Below are positions 30,741 to 43,100 of a stretch of 64,000 nucleotides of DNA, piece by piece. Each line of letters starts with the position of its first letter. The first letter of the stretch is position 1. The notes under the pieces were generated by a model. It saw nothing but the letters and a program-made list of their open reading frames with translations. It did no database searches and had not been told where the DNA came from. Both the position numbers and the translations under genes were made by a program. The DNA comes from Candidatus Aminicenantes bacterium UBA647 (GTDB lineage: Bacteria > Acidobacteriota > Aminicenantia > UBA2199): NCBI GenBank assembly GCA_002299555.1, contig DBOL01000029.1, forward strand, positions 5,387 through 69,386, written 5' to 3'.

Positions 30741-32423
30741 ATGAAAAAAAATAAATTTTTTTTGATCTTTACATTTATAATTGTTCTCCATGGTTTTCTA
30801 ATTTCAGATCCTTTAACCCGGATATATGTAAACGGACAAGTGTTTACCGGGGCTAAAGGTGTATTGAATGAGGCTCTTGTTATTCGGGGAAACAGGATAA
30901 TTTTCACAGGAAGGAAAGAGAAAGCACTCAGGTTCAGTTCCGGAAAGGGGAGTATTGTTGTCGACCTGAAAGGGAAAACTATAATTCCCGGATTTCATGA
31001 TGCAGATACAAATTTTCCATTAGGTGCAAGGTTGATGGACAGCCAGATGAATTTTTTTGGTCTTGATCTTGACTCCATAGTTCACAGATTGCAGATCGCA
31101 AAGAAAAATCTTATAAAGCAGAGACCTATCTATGCGTACAATTTTGAACATCTTCTACGTAATAAAGGGAAATGGCCAAACAGATATGATCTTGATAAAG
31201 TGTCAGTTGATTCTCCAATAATTATTTTCAGTTCCGATGGAAATAATGCCTGGGTAAATTCTATAGTCTTAAAACAATGCGGAATAAAAAAAAATACGAA
31301 GGAACTGCCGGGAGGAAGGATCGTAAGGTTTGAAGATGGTAATCCGACGGGAATTATTTGTGGAGATTCAACTGAACTATTAAATGATTATAAATATAAA
31401 AATGGACTCCGTAATATCAAGTTGGATAAGGAAAAAATTATAAAGACAATAAAATTCGCAAATAATTTGGGTATTACAAGCATTACAACACATAGTGATC
31501 TAGAATTTGTAAAAATTTTAAAGGAACTAGAGTCCGAAAAGATACTTAATCTTAGATTTAACATAATTCTGCCTTCAAAAAATATTGGGGGATATCTGAT
31601 TAAAAAAATTGATTTCAATAATGAAACTCCATTCGTTAGAATTGTATCGGTTTCAAAAAATATTGATGGCAATCTATACACTTCAGATGCCGCAATGTTC
31701 ACCTCATACTCAGATAGAAATTATTATGGGATTCTCAGATCTAACAAAAATGACATAAGTGATCTGGTTAGTCTTTATAAAAAAAATAATATTATCGGGA
31801 ATTTTTATGCTGAAGGGGAGAGAGCTGTAAATATTGTCCTTAATGGTATCAGGGCTTCTTCGCGCCGAAAACGTCAAAATATTCAGAGAAACAGAATTTC
31901 CAATTTCATTTTCGTCATTGACGAAGATATCCCGCGACTTAAGTTTTTATCTGTAATTCCAGTGACAAGGCCTGGAGCTTTTATAAATAAATCTGAATAT
32001 CTTGAACGTTTAGTTGGCCAGAGAAAATCGGCCACAGCCCTTCGGATGGCAACTTTAAGAAAACTTGGAGTGCATATTGCCTTTGGTTCTGGTTGGCCGG
32101 GAGAATCATTTGACCCACTTTTGGGGCTTAAGTTTTCTGTTTTTCGAAATACCGGAGGAGATAGCAGTGGAGATGATGGAGCTCCGGAAGAGAAATTGTC
32201 AATTCGAGAGGGAATAATTGCATATACATATGTTCCATCTTACTCAGTTCTTGATGAAAACAGGACAGGTTCGATTGCTGCCGGGAAATTTGCTGATCTG
32301 ACTATAATTGGAGGAGATCTATTTTCTGAAAAGCTTAATGGAAATACGTTTTTATCGGAAATCCACGTTATTGAAACAATAATAGGTGGTAAGACGGTTT
32401 ATAAAAAGAGTGAAATTAATTAG
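30741..32423 (+). CDS. Secreted Amidohydrolase_3-family (YtcJ-like) protein with substituted metal-ligand residues
   Basis: 560 aa with a signal peptide. The C-terminus (HIAFGSGWPGESFDPLLGL; ADLTIIGGDLF...IGGKTVYK) matches Amidohydrolase_3 endings. The N-terminal PGF-HDADTN region replaces the usual xDxHxH, and GSGWP replaces the usual GSDWP. Confidence 0.6.
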   Translation: MKKNKFFLIFTFIIVLHGFLISDPLTRIYVNGQVFTGAKGVLNEALVIRGNRIIFTGRKEKALRFSSGKGSIVVDLKGKTIIPGFHDADTNFPLGARLMDSQMNFFGLDLDSIVHRLQIAKKNLIKQRPIYAYNFEHLLRNKGKWPNRYDLDKVSVDSPIIIFSSDGNNAWVNSIVLKQCGIKKNTKELPGGRIVRFEDGNPTGIICGDSTELLNDYKYKNGLRNIKLDKEKIIKTIKFANNLGITSITTHSDLEFVKILKELESEKILNLRFNIILPSKNIGGYLIKKIDFNNETPFVRIVSVSKNIDGNLYTSDAAMFTSYSDRNYYGILRSNKNDISDLVSLYKKNNIIGNFYAEGERAVNIVLNGIRASSRRKRQNIQRNRISNFIFVIDEDIPRLKFLSVIPVTRPGAFINKSEYLERLVGQRKSATALRMATLRKLGVHIAFGSGWPGESFDPLLGLKFSVFRNTGGDSSGDDGAPEEKLSIREGIIAYTYVPSYSVLDENRTGSIAAGKFADLTIIGGDLFSEKLNGNTFLSEIHVIETIIGGKTVYKKSEIN

Positions 32424-32941
32424 ATCTTAAAAATAAGATTCCCTGTAGTGTAACCTGCGGTTCCAATTATAAAATTTCTCAGAATATCAAGATAAAGAAA
32501 ATTCCTGTCAAAAAAAAGAAATCCTGAAAGTTCAAAGATAATTGCCGCTAATAAAATGAACATATAAAAAAATGATTCTTTCTTTTTTCCACTGGAATAA
32601 AAAATAAAAATTCCTGCAAAATAAAATCCGACAAGTAATAATTGGTCGAAAAGACGAGGTTGAGTCAGTAAAAAATAAAAAATTATCCCCTGAGCTAATA
32701 TAAGTGAAGATAAAGGAATTCTTTTTCTATTGATCAAAATTTTTATTAAAACAATAACAAGCAGAGAAAAACATATTCCAAGGATCAAATTAAGTGAAAA
32801 ATTATAGATAGACCTTCCTGAAACAAAAGTTACTATAAGTTTACCAATATAATTTAAAGCAATAAGAAAAAAGAGAATAAATATTAAGTTAAGTTTTTTC
32901 AACCTTTTTGGTCTCTTTCGTAGTCGCATCCGGGATACCAA
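32420..32941 (-). CDS. Hypothetical polytopic membrane protein
   Basis: 173 aa, 4-5 hydrophobic helices, no recognisable motif. Its N-terminus overlaps the recA 3' end by ~50 nt, so the start may be the internal ATG at ~32929. Confidence 0.35.
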   Translation of the reverse strand: MVSRMRLRKRPKRLKKLNLIFILFFLIALNYIGKLIVTFVSGRSIYNFSLNLILGICFSLLVIVLIKILINRKRIPLSSLILAQGIIFYFLLTQPRLFDQLLLVGFYFAGIFIFYSSGKKKESFFYMFILLAAIIFELSGFLFFDRNFLYLDILRNFIIGTAGYTTGNLIFKI

Positions 32942-33923
32942 GTTTTTCTAAAACCAGTTTTTTTAGTTTTTGGAAAAGTTTTTTATCCTCTTCGAGAAGT
33001 TTCCTTACTGATTCTTTTCCCTGTCCAAGTTTTTCTTCTCCGAAAGAATACCAGGAACCTGTTTTCTGAATAATCCCATTATTGGCTGCGAGGTCGATAA
33101 GGTCACCCTCTTTCGATATACCCTTTCCGAAGAGGAGATCCACTTCTGTTATTTTAAATGGTGGGGCCACTTTGTTTTTTACAATTTTTATTCTTGTCCT
33201 GCCACCGACGATGTCGTTACCGGATTTTAAAGTGAGTATTTTTCTGATATCAATTCTGATGGAACTATAAAACTTCAGAGCTTTACCACCGGTTGTTGTT
33301 TCCGGATTTCCAACGAACATACCGATTTTTTCTCTTAATTGATTTAGAAAGATAAATGTTGTTCTTGATCTTGCAACAATTGCTGTTAACTTTCTGAGAG
33401 CTTGACTCATCAATCTTGCCTGAAGACCCATATGACTGTCTCCCATGTCCCCTTCAAGTTCTGCTTTAGGCACGAGAGCGGCAACACTGTCTATGACAAT
33501 TATATCAACACCGCCAGATCTGACCAATATTTCGGCAATTTCAAGAGCTTGCTCTCCGAAATCAGGTTGAGAAATATAAAGTTCATCTGTGTTTACACCA
33601 AGTTTTTCTGCATAAACCGGATCAAGGGCATGCTCCGCATCTATAAAAGCTGCCTGACCTCCATTTTTTTGTGCCTCTGCGATGGCCTGAAGTGCAAGAG
33701 TGGTTTTCCCTGACGATTCGGGGCCATATATCTCAATAACTCTGCCTCTGGGAAATCCACCGACACCCAAAGCTATATCAAGAGAAAGGCAGCCCGTAGA
33801 TATCGCAGGAACATTTACCCTTTCGTCACTGCCAAGCTTCATGATTGCTCCCTTTCCGAATTGTTTTTCTATTTGTGATAATGCATTATTGATTGCTGCT
33901 TGCTTTTGTTCCTGATTGTTCAT
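32889..33923 (-). CDS. recA: Recombinase RecA
   Basis: 344 aa with Walker [10 protein letters not shown] and the conserved L1/L2 loop regions. Unmistakable RecA. Confidence 0.95.
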   Translation of the reverse strand: MNNQEQKQAAINNALSQIEKQFGKGAIMKLGSDERVNVPAISTGCLSLDIALGVGGFPRGRVIEIYGPESSGKTTLALQAIAEAQKNGGQAAFIDAEHALDPVYAEKLGVNTDELYISQPDFGEQALEIAEILVRSGGVDIIVIDSVAALVPKAELEGDMGDSHMGLQARLMSQALRKLTAIVARSRTTFIFLNQLREKIGMFVGNPETTTGGKALKFYSSIRIDIRKILTLKSGNDIVGGRTRIKIVKNKVAPPFKITEVDLLFGKGISKEGDLIDLAANNGIIQKTGSWYSFGEEKLGQGKESVRKLLEEDKKLFQKLKKLVLEKLGIPDATTKETKKVEKT

Positions 33924-33939
33924 ATATTTCCCCTGTTTT

Positions 33940-34425
33940 TTATTTGCTTATATATTCAACTTTTTCAAAATCTGAATCTTCGATATGGTAAGATTCTATC
34001 AATTCTTTTAAAGAATTTAGCATGTTTATAAGATCGCTCTCAATTTCTTTTCTTTTAAATTTTAAATTCTTTATTTCACTTTTTATACTTTTCTCTCTGA
34101 TAATAGCGTTATTTATTATCTCCTCTCCTTTCATTTCTGATTCTTTTATGACAATTTCAGCTTCTTTCTCGGAGTTTTTCTTAATATCTTTTGAAAATCT
34201 CTGTGCAGAAACCAGAGTGTCCCTTAAAATATCTTCCCTTTTTTCAAATTTGAGAAGCGATTCCTTGGTTTTTTCATATTTTTTTCTGATCTTTTCCTTT
34301 TCAATAATTTCGCCTTCTAAAGCTTCTGAAACAAGAACTAAAAATTGCTTGACCTCATCTTTATCATAACCATTTACCTTTTTGTTGAAAACCTGCCCCT
34401 GGATATCCTGAGGTGTAAGTATCAT
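33940..34425 (-). CDS. DivIVA-domain protein
   Basis: 161 aa. N-terminal [29 protein letters not shown] is a classic DivIVA N-terminus, followed by a coiled coil. Confidence 0.7.
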   Translation of the reverse strand: MILTPQDIQGQVFNKKVNGYDKDEVKQFLVLVSEALEGEIIEKEKIRKKYEKTKESLLKFEKREDILRDTLVSAQRFSKDIKKNSEKEAEIVIKESEMKGEEIINNAIIREKSIKSEIKNLKFKRKEIESDLINMLNSLKELIESYHIEDSDFEKVEYISK

Positions 34426-34426
34426 A

Positions 34427-34726
34427 TTATCCCCCTCTTACCACGATATAAGCCAACCATCGTGATAGTAAGTTATTAACAAAGTATAATAAAAATATAA
34501 TCAAAATTGGAGAAATATCAATATTTGCGATAATTGTGAATGGAAAATATTTGTGAACGAACCTGAATACCGGGTCTGTCAGCCTTTTTAAAAAATAAAC
34601 AAACCTGTTTTGTGGGATCTGCCCGGCCCATGAAATAACAGATCTTATGAGTATGATGATTATGTATGCTTGAATTGCTAATTGAAGAAGATTTATAAAT
34701 GATATGAGCAGATCATCAAAGATCAT
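34427..34726 (-). CDS. YggT-family membrane protein
   Basis: 99 aa, two TM helices, in the conserved yggS-yggT-divIVA arrangement. Confidence 0.7.
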   Translation of the reverse strand: MIFDDLLISFINLLQLAIQAYIIIILIRSVISWAGQIPQNRFVYFLKRLTDPVFRFVHKYFPFTIIANIDISPILIIFLLYFVNNLLSRWLAYIVVRGG

Positions 34727-35406
34727 ATGCTCCTTCTCCCGAACAATGCAGTTCCTATTCTAAGAATAGTTGCCCCCTCTTCAAGAGCAACCTCATAATC
34801 ATTGCTCATCCCCATCGACAGATCTCTTATTTCGAAGTTTTCCAATCCAAAACCGTTGATCTCATCTTTTAGATCTCTCATTTTTTTAAAATACGGTCTC
34901 ATAATTTCCGGATCGTCATCAAATGGAGGAATTGTCATAAGTCCGACAACTTTAACTCTGTTAAGCAACGAAATATAGTTAAGTGCTTTTTTCAGTCCGT
35001 CAATAGTAAAACCCGATTTGTTCTTTTCTTCACCAATGTTGATCTCGATGAAGGTTTCTATCACGTTATCAACTCTCTTGTGAATATGTTCAAGGGATTT
35101 CACACTGTCCACAGACTCAATAAAATCGAAATTTTTCAATACTCTGTTGATCTTATTTTTTTGTAGTTTACCAATAAAATGCCACTTCACATCTTTTCCT
35201 TCAAGTGCGGCCTGATGCTCTTCGGCTTCCTGAGTCTTGTTTTCACCAAAATATCTAATTCCGCAATCATAAGCTTCGATAAGTTTTTCAGCGGGTTGAT
35301 TTTTACAGACACCAAGAATTTTTATCCGTTTAGGGTCCGTTTTTGTACGTGCACAGATTCTCTCTACATTATTTACTATCTTTTCATAATTCTGCTTTAT
35401 ATTCAT
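34723..35406 (-). CDS. YggS-family PLP homeostasis protein
   Basis: 227 aa alanine-racemase-fold protein; ILGVCKNQP...RYFGENKTQE is typical of YggS/PROSC. Confidence 0.85.
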   Translation of the reverse strand: MNIKQNYEKIVNNVERICARTKTDPKRIKILGVCKNQPAEKLIEAYDCGIRYFGENKTQEAEEHQAALEGKDVKWHFIGKLQKNKINRVLKNFDFIESVDSVKSLEHIHKRVDNVIETFIEINIGEEKNKSGFTIDGLKKALNYISLLNRVKVVGLMTIPPFDDDPEIMRPYFKKMRDLKDEINGFGLENFEIRDLSMGMSNDYEVALEEGATILRIGTALFGRRSI

Positions 35407-35612
35407 GAATGAAAGATCCTTATTTTACATTTTTTATATTTTACCATATTATTTAAAAAAAAGGAACAGTTCTCAGGAAAATCTGATTAATTTCGCAATT
35501 TTATGAATACATGCTCAGATTGGTTTGACTTTTATTTGCATTGTTTATATAAAACATACTACGGATCAATTGATTCGTATTTTTCTAAAATATACTATCA
35601 AGGAGACTTTTA

Positions 35613-36752
35613 ATGGAATACTTATTAACGGAAGAACAGATCATGATGAGGGATATGGTTTCAAAATTTGCAAAGGAGGAGATTGCTCCTTCTGCATCAG
35701 AAAACGAAAAGAACGGAACGTTTCCAGCCGAGATCATAAAAAAGGCAGGCGAACTGGGGCTGATGGGTATCGGATATCCTGCAGAATATGGTGGTGCCGG
35801 AATGGATTATGTATCTTACATGATTGCGATTGAGGAGATATCAAAAGCCTGTGCTTCAACAGGCGTTATTATTTCCGCCCATTCATCTCTTACAATTGAT
35901 CCTATCTTTACTTTTGGAACCGAAGAGCAGAAAAAAAAATATCTCCCCCCCATGTGTTCAGGCGAATGGATAGGTTGCCATGCGCTTACTGAACCTGGAG
36001 CCGGCTCTGACGCAGGATCAACAAAGACAACTGCAAAGCTTGAGGGAGATAAATGGATCTTGAATGGTACAAAACATTTCATTACAAATGGAGCTGAAGC
36101 AGAGGTAAGTGTAGTTTTTGCTTCTACCGATCTTTCCGCAAAAACAAAGGGTATAAGTGCTTTTATTGTTGACAAAGGGGCCCCTGGGTTTAAGATCGGA
36201 AAACTTGAGCACAAGCTGGGCATTAAGGCAACATCAACAGCAGAACTCATTTTTGAAGATTGCGAGATCCCTAAGGAAAATATTCTTGGTGAAACAGGCA
36301 AGGGTTTTAAAATTGCACTTACAACACTTGATGGTGGCAGGTTAGGAATTGCATCTCAAGCTCTGGGAATAGCAAAGGCTTCTATCGAGGATGCTGTTAA
36401 ATTTGCAAAGGAGAGAGAGCAATTCAATCAGGCAATAGCAAATTTCCAAGCTATTCAATGGATGCTGGCAGATATGTGTACGGAATATGAAGCAGCATGG
36501 ATGTTGAATTTCCGCGCTTCAAAGATGAAAGATCTGGGTCTCAGATATACCAAAGAAGCAGCAATGGCAAAATTAAAAGCATCTGAAGTTGCTTCATTTT
36601 GTGCCGCCAAATCTTTGCAGATACATGGAGGTTATGGTTATACAGATGAATTCAATGTTGAAAGGTATCTGAGGGATGCAAAGATAACTGAAATTTACGA
36701 AGGAACATCGGAGATAATGAGGCTTGTAATAGCTTCCACACTTTTAAAATAA
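35613..36752 (+). CDS. Acyl-CoA dehydrogenase (short/branched-chain type)
   Basis: 379 aa. ACAD N-terminal, middle and C-terminal domains with the C-terminal catalytic region (YEGTSEIMRLVIA). Confidence 0.9.
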   Translation: MEYLLTEEQIMMRDMVSKFAKEEIAPSASENEKNGTFPAEIIKKAGELGLMGIGYPAEYGGAGMDYVSYMIAIEEISKACASTGVIISAHSSLTIDPIFTFGTEEQKKKYLPPMCSGEWIGCHALTEPGAGSDAGSTKTTAKLEGDKWILNGTKHFITNGAEAEVSVVFASTDLSAKTKGISAFIVDKGAPGFKIGKLEHKLGIKATSTAELIFEDCEIPKENILGETGKGFKIALTTLDGGRLGIASQALGIAKASIEDAVKFAKEREQFNQAIANFQAIQWMLADMCTEYEAAWMLNFRASKMKDLGLRYTKEAAMAKLKASEVASFCAAKSLQIHGGYGYTDEFNVERYLRDAKITEIYEGTSEIMRLVIASTLLK

Positions 36753-36783
36753 ATTTTGTTAGAGGGGAAAACTATCAGATAAG

Positions 36784-39700
36784 ATGAGTAATACAGAAAA
36801 GCCTTACAAAATAAAGAATAACATCAGAATTGTTACAGCTGCCTCTCTTTTTGATGGTCATGATGCATCGATAAATATAATGAGAAGGATCATTCAATCG
36901 TATGGATGTGAGGTGATACATCTCGGACACAACAGGTCTGTAGATGAAATAATCACCTGTGCGATCCAGGAGGATGTTCAGGCTATTGCAATAACTTCAT
37001 ACCAGGGCGGACATTTAGAATTTTTGAAATATATGTTTGACCTGCTTAACGAAAAGGGGTCAGGTCATATAAAGATTTTTGCCGGTGGTGGTGGCGTTAT
37101 TCTTCCAGGTGAAATAGAGGAACTTGAAGATTATGGCATTGAGAAAATCTACTCGCCGGATGACGGAAGAACTTTAGGGCTGACAGGCATGATAGAGGAT
37201 CTGATAAAAAAGAGCGATTTTCCTGTTGGAAAAAATATCAGTGTAAAGATTGATGATATTAGAAAAGGTGATCACATTGCGATCGCCCGGCTGATATCCG
37301 CAGCAGAAAATTATCCGGAGCATTCAAAAGAACTTCTTGATCAGATCCGAAAAGAGGCTGATAAAAAAAGTATTCCGGTTCTGGGGATAACCGGAACAGG
37401 AGGAGCCGGGAAATCGTCAATAATTGATGAATTCATAAACAGGTTCCTTTCAGATTTTCCTGACAAAAAAGTTGGGATTTTATCGGTAGATCCATCTAAA
37501 AGAAAAACCGGCGGGTCACTTCTTGGAGACAGGATAAGGATGAATGCTATTAACAGTGACAGGGTATACATGAGATCACTTGCTACAAGACGTGCAAATG
37601 TAGCATTGTCCGACCATATCAAGGAAGGACTGGATACTCTCAAGGTAGCTTCATTTGATCTGATAATACTTGAAACTTCAGGGATCGGGCAGTCGGACTC
37701 GGAAGTGACAGAATTTGCTTCCCTTTCGCTATATATCATGACTCCCGAGTATGGTGCAGGAACACAACTTGAAAAAATAGATATGCTGGATTTTGCAGAT
37801 ATTGTTGTTATCAATAAATTTGATAAACGGGGAGCACTTGATTCATTGCGGGACGTAAGAAAACAATATAGACGAAACCACAATTATTGGGAAGGGGAAG
37901 AGGAAGATCTTCCGGTCTATGGAACAACGGCTTCCAAATTCAATGATATGGGAACGACCATTCTATATTCTGCAATAATGGAAAAAATTGGAATTAAAAG
38001 TAATTCTTCAAAAAGGTTATATGATGCTGGCCAGGTCGTTCAGCCCTCCAGGTCCTATATTATCCCACCTAACCGTAACAGATACTTGTCTGAAATATCG
38101 GAAACCATCCATGAATATGACAGATGGTCAGAAGAGCAGAGTGATATTGCAGAAACTTTGTATGGAATAGATAAAACTCTTGAAACGCTGGAAAAAAATT
38201 TTAAATCTGAAATTGATACCGCCTCTAAACTTAGATCTGTTTATAAGAAGCAGGAAAAAGAGCTTGATCAGACGAATAGAGACTTGCTGGAGAATTGGAA
38301 ACAAAAGATCACAAATTACAAAAATGATATTTACTCATATACTGTAAGGGGAAAAAAGATCGAAGTTGACACAAAAAGCGAAACTCTCTCAAGGCTTAAT
38401 ATCCCCAAAATAAGTGTTCCGAAATTCAGTAGCTGGAGGGATATTCTATCCTGGTGCCTTCAGGAAAATTTCCCAGGCGAGTTCCCATTTACCGCCGGAG
38501 TATTTCCGTTCAAAAGAGAAGGTGAAGATCCTACGAGAATGTTTGCCGGAGAAGGCGGGCCGGAGAGGACAAACAGGCGGTTTCACTATCTTTCCTATGG
38601 ACTCCCGGCCAACAGGTTGTCAACGGCATTTGATTCTGTAACACTTTATGGAGCAGATCCCGATAAGAGGCCCGATATTTACGGCAAGATAGGCAATTCG
38701 GGAGTTTCAATTTCCTGTCTCGATGATATGAAGAAATTATACTCGGGATTTCACCTTACAGACCCAAAAACCTCAGTATCAATGACAATAAACGGTCCTG
38801 CCGCAATAATGGTCGGATATTTCCTTAACACAGCCATAGACCAGGAATGTGAATTGTATATAAAAAAAGAGGGAATAGAAAAAAATATTAAGAAAAAAAT
38901 TGATGATGTTTATAAAAGGAGTGGAGTTGAAAGGCCCTTATATTCAGGGGAACTTCCTGAAGGAAATAACGGGATCGGATTGATGTTGCTTGGAATGACG
39001 GGAGACCAGGTTCTCCCATCTGATATTTATGAAAAGATCAAAAAAGAGACAATTTCAAAAGTAAGAGGGACTGTACAGGCCGATATTCTCAAAGAAGATC
39101 AGGCGCAAAATACATGTATCTTTTCAACAGAATTTTCCTTAAAACTTATGGGAGATGTACAGGAATACTTTATAGACAATAATATAAGAAATTTTTACTC
39201 AGTATCAATTTCCGGATACCATATTGCAGAAGCCGGAGCAAACCCAATTACTCAACTGGCTCTGACCCTTTCGAATGGCTTTACATTTGTTGAATATTAC
39301 CTTTCAAGGGGAATGAAAATAGATGAATTTGCACCCAGTCTTTCATTCTTCTTTTCAAATGGAATAGATCCTGAATATGCGGTAATAGGACGTGTTGCAA
39401 GGAAGATATGGGCTAAGGCTATAAAATATAAGTATAAAGGCGATGAAAGGTCACAGAAATTAAAATACCACATACAGACCTCCGGAAGATCTTTGCACTC
39501 TCAGGAGATCGATTTTAATGATATCCGAACGACACTTCAGGCAATTTATGCTATCTATGACAATTGTAATTCACTCCACACAAATGCATATGACGAGGCT
39601 ATAACCACCCCGACAGAAGAATCTGTCCGGAGGGCAGTAGCGATACAGATGATTATAAATCATGAATTCGGACTTACCAAGAACCAGAATCCGAATCAGG

Positions 39701-40164
39701 GATCATTTATTGTAGAAGAGATCACAAATATGGTGGAAAAAGCTGTACTTGAAGAGTTTGAAAGGATCTCAGAGCGAGGTGGCGTTTTGGGTGCGATGGA
39801 GAGAAACTACCAGAGAAGTAAGATACAGGAGGAGTCCCTCTATTATGAGAGGATGAAGGATAGTGGTGAATATCCGATCATGGGTGTGAATACATTTCTA
39901 TCCAGTTCAGGATCACCTACAATAATTCCGGGTGAGGTGATAAGAGCAACCGAGGAAGAGAAAGCAAATCAGATAAACACAATTAAGAACCTTAAAAAAA
40001 GAAATTCTGAAAGATCAGCAGAGATGTTAGCACTATTGAAAGATTCGGCAGTTAAAGATAACAATCTATTTGCAACATTAATGGAAGTTACAAAATATTG
40101 CTCAATAGGTCAGATTACAGACTCTCTTTACAATGTAGGCGGCAAATACAGACGCAATATGTAA
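36784..40164 (+). CDS. icmF: Fused isobutyryl-CoA mutase IcmF (B12-binding domain + MeaB-like GTPase + mutase catalytic domain)
   Basis: 1126 aa. N-terminal B12-binding domain ([13 protein letters not shown]...), a MeaB/ArgK-type P-loop GTPase ([12 protein letters not shown]) and a long C-terminal methylmalonyl-CoA-mutase-like TIM-barrel region. Confidence 0.85.
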   Translation: MSNTEKPYKIKNNIRIVTAASLFDGHDASINIMRRIIQSYGCEVIHLGHNRSVDEIITCAIQEDVQAIAITSYQGGHLEFLKYMFDLLNEKGSGHIKIFAGGGGVILPGEIEELEDYGIEKIYSPDDGRTLGLTGMIEDLIKKSDFPVGKNISVKIDDIRKGDHIAIARLISAAENYPEHSKELLDQIRKEADKKSIPVLGITGTGGAGKSSIIDEFINRFLSDFPDKKVGILSVDPSKRKTGGSLLGDRIRMNAINSDRVYMRSLATRRANVALSDHIKEGLDTLKVASFDLIILETSGIGQSDSEVTEFASLSLYIMTPEYGAGTQLEKIDMLDFADIVVINKFDKRGALDSLRDVRKQYRRNHNYWEGEEEDLPVYGTTASKFNDMGTTILYSAIMEKIGIKSNSSKRLYDAGQVVQPSRSYIIPPNRNRYLSEISETIHEYDRWSEEQSDIAETLYGIDKTLETLEKNFKSEIDTASKLRSVYKKQEKELDQTNRDLLENWKQKITNYKNDIYSYTVRGKKIEVDTKSETLSRLNIPKISVPKFSSWRDILSWCLQENFPGEFPFTAGVFPFKREGEDPTRMFAGEGGPERTNRRFHYLSYGLPANRLSTAFDSVTLYGADPDKRPDIYGKIGNSGVSISCLDDMKKLYSGFHLTDPKTSVSMTINGPAAIMVGYFLNTAIDQECELYIKKEGIEKNIKKKIDDVYKRSGVERPLYSGELPEGNNGIGLMLLGMTGDQVLPSDIYEKIKKETISKVRGTVQADILKEDQAQNTCIFSTEFSLKLMGDVQEYFIDNNIRNFYSVSISGYHIAEAGANPITQLALTLSNGFTFVEYYLSRGMKIDEFAPSLSFFFSNGIDPEYAVIGRVARKIWAKAIKYKYKGDERSQKLKYHIQTSGRSLHSQEIDFNDIRTTLQAIYAIYDNCNSLHTNAYDEAITTPTEESVRRAVAIQMIINHEFGLTKNQNPNQGSFIVEEITNMVEKAVLEEFERISERGGVLGAMERNYQRSKIQEESLYYERMKDSGEYPIMGVNTFLSSSGSPTIIPGEVIRATEEEKANQINTIKNLKKRNSERSAEMLALLKDSAVKDNNLFATLMEVTKYCSIGQITDSLYNVGGKYRRNM

Positions 40165-40167
40165 CAA

Positions 40168-43100
40168 CTAAAATCTCTTTAGGAATTTTTTGAAGAATAT
40201 TCCAAGGTCATCGAAATAGGTGTAGAATATCGGCACTGCGAACAGGGTCAGGAACGTTGAAGTAATCAGTCCTCCGATCAAAGTTATCCCCATTGGTGCA
40301 TAGGGGATTCCTACAAGTCCGGTGTTCCCTATTGCCATAGGAAGCAGTCCGAATATTGTTGTTAGTGCGGTCATCAAAATCGGCCGGAACCTGTTCACTC
40401 CTGCAACAAGAATTGCCTGTTCTCTCTGCATATCAGATTTTCTATACTGGTTGATCAGGTCTATGAAAACTATTGCATTATTTACAACCACACCTATAAG
40501 GACAACAAGTCCGATTCCAGCCATAATTTCAAATGTTGTTCCGGTTATATACATTAGCCAGTAAGATCCTACAAATGCAGCCGGGATCGCTATCAATACG
40601 GATAACGGCAATACAAAAGATTCGAAGAGAACTCCCATTATCAGGAAAACAAAGATAACAGAAAAGATCAATGCCGTTGAGAGATCTGAATCCTGCTCCT
40701 GGAACCGTCTGCCTCTTCCCCCTTCCTCGAAAAAATAACCTGTAGGGAATTTATAGTCTTTAAGTATCTTTGTAATCTTTGCACTCAATTTTTTCATATC
40801 GGTATCCCCGATATAAATTTTAAGTTCCATGAAGGATTTTCCGTTCTCCCTCCGGATGCTTCCCTGACTCTTGTGGAATGTAAAGTCTGCTACAGAGTCA
40901 AGAAATGTCTCAGCTCCTGAATCGGTCTGGAGAAAAGTACTTTTTAATTGAGCGATCGAATTTCTTGATTCAGGATTTGATTTCACATAGATAGGGATCT
41001 CTTTTCCCGGTGTCTGAAAATTGGAAATTTTTCTCCTTCTCAGGTTGAAAGCAACCAGCTGACCAACATAGTTTGGATTAACTCCGACATTGTATGCTTT
41101 ATCACGGTCAACCGATATGTGAATCTCATCATTCCCTGTCTCAGTGTCAGTTTCAACGCTTAGAACCCCTTCTACAAGCTTGACCTGCTTTTCAATATCT
41201 TCCGCAAGGGTTTCAAGTACACTTGTATCATATCCTCTCAGGGTGAATGATACAGAGCCTTCATCCCCGCCACCCTGTTCTCTCCATGAGGTTCTGATTC
41301 GAACTCCCGGAATTACAGGGAGATTTTTCTTTATATCTTCAGTTAATTCTTCCCTTGTTAATCGTGTATATGCTGTTAATCCCAGCATGGATTTGATCTT
41401 TGAGTAGATCACCTGGTACCATTGCTTATTTTTATCAGGTTTCAGATATACCTCGATCCTTCCATGAAAGTTTCTGACCCGTGTGGAAATATGGTCTATA
41501 TGATAAACCTTCTCTTTCTCCATTATTTTATCGACTATATAGTTCAGGGTTTTGTCGACTTTTTCCAGATTGTAATCTGAAGGGAAGTTGCAGATAAGCC
41601 TCGCATCTCTGGAGCCACCCTGGGCTGAATCAGATTTCTTCATGTTGTTTTGAGGTATCACCTGACTCGCTATTATCAAAATGACTATCAGAAGAAAATC
41701 AAACCTGTGTTTTAGGACCTTAACAAGCAGATTCTGATAACCCTGGGTTATCTTACTATGGGTTGCATGGATGATCTTTGTTTCCTGAGGGATTGATTTG
41801 GTTGAAGCCAGAGGGATAAATATTAATGCAATAAAAAGGCTGGCGGCTAAAGCAAAAATCACAGGTGCTCCTATCCTTGTCAGGTAGAATGCCATTCCGG
41901 AATCTCCACCCATCACCATAAGTGGAACAAAAACAACTATGGTTGTCAGTGTGGCCATGAGTATGGCCATTCCTACTTCAGAAGCACCCATTATTGCAGA
42001 TTTCCTTAGTCCATATCCGAGGCCGGCAAATCTGTAGATGTTCTCAGTTATAACAATAGCATTATCAACGACCAGTCCTATTGAAACCATCAATCCCATC
42101 ATTGTGAATCCGTTCAAGGTCCAACCTATCGAATAGATGACCATCATTGAGACGAGAAGCGAAAGCGGTATGGCGAGGGTCAGCATTATCGTGATCCTCT
42201 TTTTTCTGAGAAATGAATAAAGGATAAAGAAAGCGAATATACCGCCCCACATCATAGTGGTTTTTACATTATTTATCGAGTCGGATATCATTTTACCCTG
42301 ATCCCAGAATATGAAATAGTCGACACCTTTTAATTCAGGTCTGGATTCAAATTGCTGTTTAAGTTTTTCAACTATATTTAAACAAACTTCGACAGTATTG
42401 GCTTCACTCTCTTTGTAGGCAACTATTCCGGCAGCGATCTTGCCGTCCACCCGCATCATGCTCCTCTGTTCCTCATCAAAATCGTATCGGACGTCAGCAA
42501 TATTACTCAACTTTATTCCATTCTTGATATCGATATTTTGAATATCCTGTAAAGTTTTGAATTTTGCAGTAGTTCTCAGGAGGATTTTTTTCTTTCCCAT
42601 ATAAACATAACCGCTGGACATAGAGAAATTTTCACGCATTAAGCGCTGCATCAATTGATATAGATTGACATTGTATGTTTTTATCTTGTCCGAATTAACA
42701 ATTATCTGGATGTATTTTTCTCTGATACCGAACATTTCTACATTTGCAACACCTTTGATCCCATCCATTGCCTGCTTTATGAATTTATCGGTAACATAGT
42801 AGGGGTCGTCGATGTTATTTTCATAAGAGACACCCATATATATGATCGGCTCATCATTATCTCTGAACCGTCTTATCCTTATATGTTCAATCTCTTCAGG
42901 GATAAGAGATCGTCCCCTTTCTATTCTATCGGTAACCTGCGAATATGCAAGGTCCATATTAGTGCCCTGAGCAAATTCCAACCAGAACCATACTCCTCTT
43001 GACATAGAGTTGCTGAAAATACGCTTCAGGTTTTTTACAGTTTTTAGTTCCCCCTCCAGCGGTTTGACTATCTGCTCTTCAACCTCTTTGGGATTCGAAT

